From Octopus vulgaris (Eukaryota), in contig OX597839.1 in assembly GCA_951406725.2 (NCBI GenBank), positions 3,224,001 to 3,288,000 of the forward strand: a stretch of DNA of 64,000 nt, written 5' to 3'. The notes below the pieces were generated by a model. It saw nothing but the letters and a program-made list of their open reading frames with translations, was not told the origin of the DNA and searched no databases. Made by a program: the position numbers and the translations under genes. Below are positions 39,221 through 51,200 of this stretch, in pieces (within the stretch, counting starts at the first letter, position 1; every line of letters begins with the position of its first letter).

Positions 39221-39453
39221 TATTTCTTTACTACCCACAAGGGGCTAAACACAGAGGGGACAAACAAGGACAGACAAACGGATTAAGTCGATTACATCGA
39301 CCCCAGTGCGTAACTGGTACTTAATTTATCGACCCCGAAAGGATGAAAGGCAAAGACGACCTCGGCGGAATTTGAACTCAGAACGTAACGAACGGCAGAC
39401 GAACGGCTGAGCATTTCGCCCGGCGTGCTAACGATTCTGCCAGCTCGCTGCCT
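39221..39453 (-). mobile_element. SINE family A monomer
   Basis: Full copy; 3' junction ggtagtagt, also present on the 5' side. Confidence 0.9.
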
Positions 39454-39493
39454 TCCCCACCACTACTACCACCACCTCTGTATTTCCGCTGAC

Positions 39494-40080
39494 GTGGCTT
39501 TGTGGTAAGCGGTTTGCTTCCGAACCGCATGGCTGCAGGTTCAGTCCCACTGCGTGACACCTTGGGCAAGTAAGTATCAGGGCCAACCAAAACTTTTTTG
39601 AGTGGATTTGGATACGGAAAGATAGATAGCCCGCGTCATGTGTGTGTATGCATATATCTTTCACTGGTCTCAGTCATTAGACTAAGGCCATGCTGGGGCA
39701 CCACCTTGAAGAATTGTTTTGGTCGAATGAATCGCTCTCGGTACTTTTTATTAAAGCATCGATCTTTATTGCCGTTGCCCAAGGTGTGGTCACACAGTGG
39801 GACTGAACCCAGAACCATGTGGTTGGGAAGCAAGCTTCTTACGACACAGTCATGCCTGCGCCTATACGTGTGTGTGTGTGTGTGTATACCCCACCACCGC
39901 TTGACAACCGGTGTTGGGTTGTTTGCGTCCCCCTAAACTTGCAGTTTGGCAAAAACAAAAACAGACTAATAATATGTACCAGGCTTACAAGTACTGAGGG
40001 AGGGGTCGATTCGTTCGGCTTTTAGCCTTGAAGGCGGGTGCCCCAGCATGGCCGCGACCCCAATGACTTCAGTAAAAAGG
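39494..40080. mobile_element. SINE family B pieces in both orientations
   Basis: + 39494-39640, - 39660-39860, + 39870-40080. Confidence 0.7.
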
Positions 40081-40478
40081 TACTTAAAAATCATACTAAC
40101 TCACCACCTCTGATTCTATCGCATTCCTTTCTCTTTCTCGTGATAGGGAAAGAGAGAGAGAAAGAGATTCCAATTTCATCCTCCCCTTCTTTCTTTCTCT
40201 GTCTCAACAGCATCTACCTCCCTTTCTCTCTCTCATTCTTTCTTTACTATATCTACGATATCATTCATTCTCCCTCCGACTCCGTCATTTTTCATGTTTC
40301 CCTTCTACCCTCCCTCTTACCGACTCTCGCCTCCCCCCACCCCCACACGTTTTTATTATTTTTAATTATTTCTCCCTGATTTTGCAAGTTTAGCAAATTT
40401 TGACATTTTTTCACGGAACTGTTGTCGCTGTAGAATCAAACCAGATTTTTAATGCTTTTGTTTATCAAAGTGGTTTAC

Positions 40479-40548
40479 CTGACGTAACACCATCTCACAG
40501 CCAATCAGAATCGACAAACGCCACATGCCGCTAGAAAACAACCAATCA
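40479..40548. promoter_or_regulatory. Candidate promoter-like cluster (CRE-like TGACGTAA plus two CCAAT boxes)
   Basis: ctgacgtaa, agccaatcag, aaccaatcaa within 70 bp; no linked exon identified. Confidence 0.25.
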
Positions 40549-40699
40549 AAATGCCACCATTTCCAGCCCCCTTACTCTCTCTTACACATGACCCTTTGAA
40601 CAATTCAAAATTCCATTCATTCATTCGTTATCGAACCGCTTCGAATGAATTAGAATATCATAACATATGGAATAAATAATATGTAATATATTTTTATTA

Positions 40700-40927
40700 G
40701 GCACTACTGAAGAAGAGTGGTCCCGGCGCGCGCACTCGCGTGCTCGCGCATCCGCGCTAGCTAGTCGATCCTACAACGACTACCTAGCAAAGTAAATAAA
40801 ACACAAAATAAATAATTTTTTTACACAAAGTAAATAAAACAAAAACAAAGTAAGGATCGACTAGTCACGACTAGCTAGCACGGATGCGCGAGTACGCGTA
40901 CCGGGATCACTCTTCTTAAGTAGTACC
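40700..40927. mobile_element. MITE with GC-rich TIRs, PIF/Harbinger-like
   Basis: ggcactactgaagaagagtggtcccgg...ccgggatcactcttcttaagtagtacc; tta/ttt flanks. Confidence 0.7.
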
Positions 40928-41110
40928 TTTTTATTACATGACATGTATTTTAATTAATGAGTATTTTGTAAAAGTGATAACGTATTTTATTGTCTTTTTT
41001 TTTTTAGCTGATCGTAAGCCATTAACTTTTTTTTTTAATCGTACTTAAGTTTCAACGCTATTAAAATTTATCATGGCCTAATCTAATTATATCTTATGCT
41101 TCGATTATAT

Positions 41111-41340
41111 CTATTTCTTTACTACCCACAAGGAGCTAAACACAGAGAGGACAAACAACGACAGACAAACGGATTAAGTCGATTATATCGACTCCAGTGC
41201 GTAACTGGTACTTATTTAATCGACCCCGAAAGGATGAAAGGCAACGTCGACCTCGGCGGAATTTGAACTCAGAACGTAACGGCAGACGAAATACCGCAAA
41301 GCATTTCGCCCAGCGTGCTAACGATTCTGCCAGCTCGCCC
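41111..41340 (-). mobile_element. SINE family A monomer
   Basis: Full copy. Confidence 0.9.
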
Positions 41341-42278
41341 AAGTTCTCCCCACAATATCCATACAAACACACACACGTTTTACTGGTCAGTGGATCATGG
41401 CCATGCTGGTGTACTGTCTTGGAGGGCATAGCCGAACAAAATCGCCCCCAGATCTCATTTTTGTTTGTCTTGAAGCGTGGTACTTTTCCGTCCGTTCTCT
41501 TTTGCTTCCATAATGCTACTTTGCTGAGATGTAAACATATCAACAATGCAGACACAAATTGAAAGTTCGTTGTCAGTGTGTGCGCGTGCACACACACACA
41601 GAGACAGACACACATATATACACAACGGGCTTCCACAGAATTTCCGTCTATCATATCCACTTATACATGGCTTCGGTCGGCCCGAGGCTCAAGTAGAATA
41701 GATTTGCCCAAGGTGCCGCACAGCAGAAATGAACCCAAGTCCACAAAGTTGGGAAGCAAACTTCCTAGCTACACACTTATGCAGGTGTTCCTATACAATA
41801 GCGTCGGAAATTATCAACGGGCCAAACTCTTAATAGTGGTGGTGGTGGCACGGATTATTTAATTTTGTATATTCGAATTTCTAAAGTTTGAAGCACAGGC
41901 GTAAACTAAGATAAATCACAAAGTTACATGGAGGGGAAAAATTTTTTTTTTAATTAAATTTTGAAATTCCATTACAATAGAATTTAGGAAAATTTTGTTT
42001 TTACAGATGCGTGCGCATGACACCCCATTCCCCACCGCTTGACAACCGGTGTTTACGTACACGTAACTTAGCGTTTCGGCGGAGGTAACGGACACAAGTG
42101 CCAAGCTTAAAATATTGTGGTCGATTTGTTCAATTAAACCCTTCAAGGCGGTGCTCCAGCATGGACGCAGTAATATTTAGATAATGTTATGTTTTCATGT
42201 TTAAAAATGTAAATCTAAAGACTAAATTTCAAGCATGAAGGAAGATAAAATGGAGGGAAAAAAATTGAAATAAATATA

Positions 42279-42668
42279 GGCGCAGGCGTGGCTGTGTGGT
42301 GAGAAGCTTGTTTCCCAACCACATGGTGCTGAGTTCAGTCCCACTGCATGGCACCTTGGGCAAGTGTCTTCTGCTATAGCCTTGGGCCAACTAAAACCTT
42401 GTGAGTGGATTTGGTAGAAGGAAACTGAAAGAAGCCTGTCATATATGTATGTATATACGTTTGTGTGTGTGTTTGTCCCTCACCCATCCATCGCTTGACA
42501 ACTGATAGTGGTGTGTTTATGTTCCCGTAACTTAGCGGTTCAGCAAAAGAGACTGATAGAATAAGTAATAGGCTTACAAAGAGTAAATCCTGGGGTCGAT
42601 TTACTTGACTAAAGGCGGTGCTCCAGCATGGTCGCAGTCAAATGATTGAAACAAGTAAAAGAGAGTAA
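42279..42668 (+). mobile_element. SINE family B, full length
   Basis: Head ggcgcaggcgtggctgtgtgg to tail acaagtaaaagagagtaaag; further copies at 44887, 45821, 48072, 48320(-), 51574, 55681, 58495(-), 59160, 60860. Confidence 0.85.
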
Positions 42669-42950
42669 AGAATATATTAGGTTTGGAGATGATGTACAGG
42701 TATTATATATTAGAAGAAATAAAGTACTCAGAAATCTAGATGGTTTTATATTTACAGATTTTTATTAATATGTTACGTTTTTATAAATCATATATTAAGA
42801 GAAAGAAGAAAAAATGTGTTTACATCTTTGCAGCTGGTCAGTTCTTTCAATAGAATGATTGTCCTTTAAAAAACGGTAAAACCAGGTGGCTACTCCAAGG
42901 GGTCTTGTTTTTCAAAAAAATTGTCTGGATTTCTTTTCATCATTGTCCAG

Positions 42951-42989
<39 letters not shown>

Positions 42990-43518
42990 ATGTGTGTGTG
43001 TATGGTGTGTGTGTTGGTGTGTGTGTTGTGTGTTGTGTGTTGGTGTTGGTGTTGGTGTTGGTGTTGGTGTTGGTGTTGGTGTGTGTGTGTGTGTGTGTGT
43101 GTGTCTGAAAGGAGTGTCAATGGAAAAGAGAAGGAAAGAAAGAAAAAATTGTGTTGACATCGATACTGCAATTCAGTTCTTTCAATCCAATGTTTGATTC
43201 CCATGCTGGTATGGGTTGGAGAATCTGGCTGTAAGAGTGTTTCTATTTATGTTTATGTACAAATGTACAGTACTGTGTGTGTGTGAGTGTGTAATACAAT
43301 TTGCTTTACAAAATTAGTCCTTCATCCAGTCCAAATCATTACAAATATTTTCAGCCATTCAATTTCGGGGAGAACTTTGTTATGAAGTATTTTTCCATAT
43401 TTTTCCTAAAGAAGGTGTCATTCCTTGGGCATTTATAGAAGGGAAAGATCTTAAATTTTCCATCTCCACATGTATCTACGTGTTTCCTCAAGAGAATCTT
43501 TCACACACACACACACAC

Positions 43519-43795
43519 ATATCATCATTTAACATCCGTTCTCCATGCTAGCATGGGTTGGACGGTTCGACCAGGGTCTGGGAAGCCAGGAGGCAGCACC
43601 AGGCTCCAGTCTGATCTGGCAGTGTTTCTACAGCTGTATGCCCTTCCTAACACCAACCACTCCGTGAATGTAGTAGGTGCTTTTTACGTGCCACCAGCAC
43701 GGAAGCCAGTCAAGGCGGCACTGGCATCGGCCACGTACGGATGGAGCTTTTTACATGCCACCGGCACAGGTATCACAACTACAATTTCCGTTTAA
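43519..43795 (-). mobile_element. SINE-like family E ((GAT)n tail, ggaagggcatccagctgtagaaac core)
   Basis: Copies at 53865-54130(-), 54940-55118(+), 58030-58352(+), 59597-60562(-), 62080-62240(+). Confidence 0.8.
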
Positions 43796-44656
43796 TTTGA
43801 TTTCCTGATTGGGGCAGGGCAGTGTGCTCTTGAGCAAAACGGTTCATTTCACATTGTTCCAGTCTCCACCTTTCGATCGTACCTGCTCACCTAGCTAGCA
43901 GGGTTGTATAATTTGAAAGCTGTACATTTGAAATAACTATTAACATACATTTATTTATATATATATATATATATATTACAATACATATCAAAACAGCTTT
44001 GGTAATAGGCTACATATTTGTAATAGAGGTATAAAGTTCATTGAATAATAGTAATGGAATATAACATTGTTAGGAATATAGGTGAGTCAACAATGGCTAA
44101 ATACATCCAATTCGATTTTCAGACAACTTGTTATATAAGGAAGAGAATGTGATGAAAAATGAGAGCATTGAGATTGTAGTGATAACAAGGGCAGGTAAAC
44201 AAATTTGAACCATATAACAAAAGCAAGGGAGACAACTTTAATTTCCATTTTTTCTTTTCTTTTTTTTCTTTTCTTTTTTTTTCTTTTTTTTTTTCTTTTC
44301 CTCAATGTAAAATGAGTTGACGCAGCAGAAATAGGTGAAGACCGATTCGATATTTGGCAGGTATGGTTTTCGGCTGATTTAATCTTCGTAGTTGTTGTTG
44401 GGGGGGGGGGGGGGCAATATATAACTGATTTGATTTCTGTAGTGATTGAGGAATACCGCAAAGTCAACTGTCATAGGTCAATCAAAGTATTTAAAGATTA
44501 CCAATAAATTGAATTGTCATAATGATTGAAATATATAAATGATTCAGTGTTCATAGCGATTGGGAAGTTAAGCTGATTCAACACATGAAAGTAGCAATGA
44601 TTTCTTCTTTAATTCCAATTCATTTCCTACAACTCACAGTAACAAACTCCTAACTT

Positions 44657-44811
44657 TCATGCTGGGGTTCCTTCTGATGTTGGTGCTGGGGTTCCTTGTG
44701 ATGTTGATGCCGGGGTTCCTTGTGACGATGATGCTTGGTCTTGGACTAAATTCTGTTCTCTCAGGGATTCTTTACTCCGTCTGAAGCCATAACCAAAGTA
44801 AACGAGGGAAC
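44657..44811 (-). CDS. CAT coding exon 14 ([15 protein letters not shown]...GTPA-stop)
   Basis: Acceptor, YFGYG motif, TGA at 44659-44657. Confidence 0.88.
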
Positions 44812-45049
44812 CTGAAAATGAAAAAAAATATTTACAAACGAATTACAATTCAGATTTCCTTTTTTTTTTTTTTTTTTTTTGTTAAAGGTGCAGGAGTGGC
44901 TGTGTGGTAAAGTAGCTTGTTTACCAACCACATGGTTTCAGGTTCAGTCCCACTGCGTGGCACCTTGGGGAAGTGTCTTCTACTATAGCCTCGGGTCGAC
45001 CAATGCCCTGTGAGTGGATTTGTTAGATGGAAACAGAAAGAAGCCCGTC

Positions 45050-45097
<48 letters not shown>

Positions 45098-45157
45098 TTG
45101 TGTGTGTGTTTGTCTCTCCAACATCGCTTGACAACCGATGCTGGTGTTTACAATGCC

Positions 45158-45200
<43 letters not shown>

Positions 45201-48200
45201 AGTCTACCTCTGTGTGTTTATAGCGTACTGTTCTGTGATGGTAAGATCAACAAAAAAAGTACTCCATCTGGTGAGAGATTAATATTATTCAATAAATGCA
45301 ATACATGTTTTTTTTATGTGCTACTATTAGTTTCATGTGCTGAGAACATGCCAAACATTGTTTTATAACATGTCTAACATCTCAGCATAGTCATTATGCA
45401 TAGTCCGTTATGCCATGTGGGCTGTGCCTGATGATGAGTGTACCAAGACGTCAGATGTATTATAAAACATTGTTTGGCATGTTCTCAGCACATGAAACTA
45501 ATAGTAGCACAAAAACATGTATTGCATTTATTATACATAATTAATTGTTATATACAGGAGCAGGCAAAGTAGGTATACAGAGGCATACAAGGGTGGACAA
45601 AAGTAGGTATATAGTTGCTAAATATGAGTGAAATATTCTATCCCCAAAAATCAAAAGGACTTCCAATGAACTAGGCATCTCTCTTAAAATTCGGGCAGGT
45701 TTCTAAATAGCAAGCTCTGTTGTTTTCTAGAATTTTTAATCCCATGTTATATTGTACAGTATTTCTTTCAATAACCATACACATTTTTTATTTATTTATT
45801 TATATATATATATATATATTAGGTGCAGTAGTGGCTGTGTGGTAAGTAGCTTGCTTGCCAACCACATGGTCCAGGTTCAGTCCCACTGCATGGCACTTTG
45901 GGCAAGTGTCTTCTACTCTAGCCTCAGGCCGACCAAAGCCTTGTGAGTGGATTTGGTAGACAGAAACTGAAAGAAGCCTGTCGTATATGTTTGTGTGTCT
46001 GTCCCTACCACCATCGCTCGACAACTGATAGCGTGTTTATGTCCCTGTAACTTAGTGATTCAGCAAAAGAGACTGATAGAATAAGTACTCAGCTTACAAA
46101 GAATAAGCCCTGGGGGTCAGTTTGTTCGACTAAAAGCAGTGCTCCAGCATGGCCGCACAAACAGGTAAAAGATATAACCAATGTTGTGGAGGCACATGAC
46201 CAAGTGATTAGGCTGTTGCACTCCCAATTGCTAAATCGTGGGTTTGATTTCTTGATTGGAGCAGCACAGTGTGTTCTTGGGCAAAACACTACTTCACGTT
46301 GCTCCAGTTCCCCTTTTGAGCAGGGGGCAGGATATGTTAACCTTGATAGACTTATGAACTGCTTAGGTAAAAAAAAAAAAAAAAGAGTAATGAAAAGAAC
46401 ATTAAGCAACTGTGTACCTAGTTTTGTCCACCCCTGTAAAAATATTTTGATAAATTACAAGATTTTTTTTTTTGTCTACAAACCTAAAACTAGCCAAATT
46501 CCAAAACGGATCCATGCAGAAGATGGTAATTTGGTCACAAGAAACATGTTGAAACTAGCACTCACTTCTGAGAATACAGGAACAAACGGTACCTTAAAAA
46601 TAGAAACAAAACATTAAAATATTTTCTTTTAAATAATGGGTTCAAATTTTGTTTGGGGGAGGGAGTAAGTCGATTAAATTGACCCCGAAAGGCAAAGTAA
46701 ACTCAGAATTTGAGCTCAGAATGTGAAAACTGATGAAGTGCCGCTAAGCATTTTCCTTGGCATGCTGACAATTCAGCCAATTGTCTTAATACTAACTTCA
46801 AGTTTTGGCACAAGGCCAGCAATTTTGGGAATGAGGTCTGGTCAATTACATTGACCCCTGTGTTCAACTGGTACTTATTTTATTGACTCCGAAAGGAGAA
46901 AAAAAGTAACCTCTGTGGAATTTGAACTTGGAATGTAAAGACATGAAATGGCATTAAGCATTTTGCCTGGCATGCTAACAATTCTGTCACCGATTTATAA
47001 TTCTAGGCCTTATTTCTACTTATGAAGGCATCCTTAGATTACCATCTGCATTTTAGGATTATGATGTTAATTTTCTTGAAGACTTATCCAATTTAGATTA
47101 CATGAAAATATTTTTAAAAAATAGATCATCAAAACAGGCATGGCTGTGTGTTTAAGAAATCTTACTCCTCAACTATGTGGCCTAAGGTTCAATTCCACTG
47201 CATGGCACCATGGACAAAGTGTCTTCCTTCAACCATGGCACTCCATTGGTTAAGACAGCAAGTGTTCCAGTTGATCCGATCAATGGAACAGCCTGCTCAT
47301 GAAATTAATGTGCAATTGGCTGAGCACTTTACAAACACATGTACCCTTAACAATTCTCAAGGAGATTAACATGACACAGAATGTGTATATGCGCCACAAT
47401 AGTTCCAAGATCATTTTAGTCTGCAAAAACTGGGTTAGCCTTGAGATGAAATCAGTTACTTACCTTGAAGTGTACATGTTCCTGGTTTTGTGGTTGCCTG
47501 GCAATGAGGGCCAACAAAATTATGACAACCAGTGACAATAGAGAAACAATAACAACCACCCATGGATCGATTTGAAGAAGCTTTTGCTCAAAAAAAGAGA
47601 CAATGCAGATGAGAACAACAACGACAAAAGCTGAAAAAGAAAATGGAGAGAAAATCAGCTTCATGAGTAGTATAAGACTGTGTGGTGTTTGTGATGTTAT
47701 GGGCTGTGATGAGCTATGTGGTATTGGTGGAGAGGATTGCAGATGAGGTAGATGGAAGTGAAGACTGCAGGGACCGGCGGAACAGCCACAGGGCATGCGT
47801 GGGCAGGAAGCACATGGGGGAGTTCGAGGAGAGACAGCAGCATGCAAGGACGTGTTGATTTCTTGAGAGATCGCTCATCACACCTAGGTCAACAGGTAAG
47901 GTCTCTGTATTTCTTTCACCCATTTGCTTCTTTTTCTGTTGCCTTTTTCCTCCATCACACTACAGACTGTAGCAGTCAGTATGGTAGGGTAGGGTAGGAT
48001 ACAGAAGGCTTTTGGCATTAAATAGGACTGTAATGGCTAGTGGTATTTATAGGATTTGTGTGTGTAAATATGTATGGCTGTGTGGTAAGGAACTTGCTTC
48101 CCAATCACACGGTTCCAAGTACAGTCCTACTGTGTGGTACCTTGGGCAAATGTCTTCTATATTCTCAGGCCAACCGAAGCCCTGGCTGGATTTGGTAGAT

Positions 48201-51200
48201 GGAAACTGAAAGAATTCCTTGTGTGTGTGTGTATGTATGCTAGCATAGAAAGCGGACGTTAAATGATAATGACAAGACATAACTCTCTGCCTTTCTTGTT
48301 AATACAATGAAACAACAAAGGCTTCTTTCAGTTTCCGTCCACCAAATCTACTCACAAGGCTTTGGTCGGTCCGAGGCTATAGTAGAAGACACTTACCCAA
48401 GGTGCCATGCAGTGGGAATGAACCCGGAACCATGTGGTTGGTAAGCAAGCTACTTGCCACACAGCCACTCCTGCACCTATTTGCCACACAGCCACTCCTG
48501 CACCTATATTTGTTTTTGCTTACAATAGCCAGTTCTTCTGGTCAAACTATCATATCTCCAGCTGATTCAGATGCCAAGATATCAAAAATTGTCAAAGTGT
48601 TGTAACTATTTTTTTTTCATGCAACTATTTTTTATTTCCTCAGAAGACCAAGTGTAGAGTACAATTAGATACAAGAGCTTGGGTCAATGAAGATTAAAGC
48701 AGAAACAGTTGCAAAATACTAGAATCTATCTGGCTTTCAACAATTATAATTTTTCTGCTCAAAAGACCAGATGGAAGCTAAATTTAGATACAGGAAGTCA
48801 GGTTTGCGAGGATTAATGCAGAATCGTCTTTGGAAACCAGATAAACTGCAGTATTTTTTTTTTTTGTGCTCAGCAGACCAGACGGAGGGTAAAGTTAGAC
48901 ACAGGGGCCCCAGATCTGAGAGGGTTAAGGCAAACTTATGAAAATATTGTGCAAAGGGTTACAACTTACTTAATGAAACAGAAGCAATCAATGCAACATG
49001 TTCTGTAGATTCAGTTGGTAGTGTAGAGTTGGGGTTAAACCATCTGTAGAATTTAGATTTTATTGATTCCCTAAGAAACACTGACGATTCACTGAAAAGC
49101 AAACATATATTGTTTTGTATATGGCAAAAGTAATACAATATTCTTTTACTAGCTTTAATCATTATACACTTATTTTTTTATCAAAGGGCCATGTTAGTTT
49201 ATACTATAAAGCAAGGGTTCTCAACCATTTTTTTGTTACCTACGGACCCCTATGATTACTATTTTATTCTGGTGGACCCCCATAACCATTCAATGTTTAA
49301 AAACTAGTTTTATAGAAGCATTTTTCAAAGTTGAACTATGTAAAATGCTAAAGAAACCTAGCTATCTGCTGAAATAAATACCAACACATACATCATCATC
49401 ATCATTTAACATCTGTTCTCCATGCATGCATGTACCATGTTTTGGAGGATGGAATGGAAGACAAGTGATTAAGGACAGCTCGGTGATTAAGGACAGCTCG
49501 GTGATTAAGGACAGCTCGGTGATTAAGGACAGCTCGGTGATTAAGGACAGCTCGGTGATTAAGGACAGCTCGGTGATTAAGGACAGCTCGGTGATTAAGG
49601 ACAGCTCGGTGATTAAGGACAGCTCGGTGATTAAGGACAGCTCGGTGATTAAGGACAGCTATCAAGGACAGCTTGGCAATTACGAACAGCTCGGCAATTA
49701 ACAGCTATTAAGGCTATTAAGGACAGCTCAGCGATTAAGAACAGCTATTAAAGACAGCACAGCAATTAAGAACAACTATTAAAGCTATTAAGGACAGCTC
49801 AGCAATTAAGAACAGCTGCTAAGGCTATTAAGGACAGCTCAGCAAAGGACAGCTCGGTGATTAAGGACAGCTCGGTGATTAAGGACAGCTCGGTGATTAA
49901 GGACAGCTCGGTGACTAAGGACAGCTCGGTGACTAAGGACAGCTCGGTGACTAAGGACAGCTCGGTGATTAAGGACAGCTCGGTGATTAAGGACAGCTCG
50001 GTGATTAAGGACAGCTCGGTGATTAAGGACAGCTCGGTGATTAAGGACAGCTCGGTGATTAAGGACAGCTCGGTGATTAAGGACAGCTCGGTGATTAAGG
50101 ACAGCTCGGTGATTAAGGACAGCTCGGTGATTAAGGACAGCTCGGTGATTAAGGACAGCTCGGTGATTAAGGACAGCACGGTGATTAAGGACAGCACGGT
50201 GATTAAGGACAGCTCGGTGATTAAGGACAGCTCGGTGATTAAGGACAGCCTCGGTGATTAAGGACAGCTCGGTGATTAAGGACAGCTCGGTGATTAAGGA
50301 CAGCTCGGTGATTAAGGACAGCTCGGTGATTAAGGACAGCTCGGTGATTAAGGACAGCTCGGTGATTAAGGACAGCTCGGTGATTAAGGACAGCTCGGTG
50401 ATTAAGGACAGCTCGGTGATTAAGGACAGCTCGGTGATTAAGGACAGCTCGGTGATTAAGGACAGCTCGGTGATTAAGGACAGCTCGGTGATTAAGGACA
50501 GCTCGGTGATTAAGGACAGCTCGGTGATTAAGGACAGCTCGGTGATTAAGGACAGCTCGGTGATTAAGGACAGCTCGGTGATTAAGGACAGCTCGGTGAT
50601 TAAGGACAGCTCGGTGATTAAGGACAGCTCGGTGATTAAGGACAGCTCGGTGATTAAGGACAGCTCCGTGATTAAGGACAGCTCGTGATTAAGGACAGCT
50701 ATCAAGAACAGCTCGGCAATTATGAACAGCTCAGCAATTAACAGCTATTAAGGCTATTAAGGACAGCTCAGCAATTAAGAACAACTATTAAAGCTATTAA
50801 GGACAGCTCAGCGATTAAGAACAGCTGCTAAGGCTATTAAGGACAGCTCAGCAAATGGGGACAAAAAATAATTAGAATGCTTATGTTAGTATAAGAGCTC
50901 TAGTCTACCAACTTATCTGGTGCCCCTGGATAATGGGGAATTGGAAAAAACTCTTTGGGGGATGTATCCAATTAAAATATATTTCCAACAATAACAACTC
51001 TTACAAAGGTTAAAAAAAAAAAATGCTCAAATGTTAACTCCCTTACTCCTGTCCAAGTGAAACATCATCAGTATCAGTTGGAATAGACTCGGATGTCTGA
51101 AGTATAACCCTTCTGTACCTGGAGAAAAAAAAAAGAAAGAAAGAAATTGCTATAAGTCATCTTATGATCAAGGAGATTTGTGACCAAGTTAACCCTTTAA

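Noticed and set aside
47740-47900. GC-richer segment ending in a + strand donor-like caggtaagg
   Set aside because: No matching acceptor or recognisable peptide; more likely a retroelement fragment in the CAT intron
49402-50705. VIKDSS/LSLITE ORFs or a CRISPR-like array
   Set aside because: Contiguous 18-bp units with no unique spacers; eukaryotic intron; no cas genes
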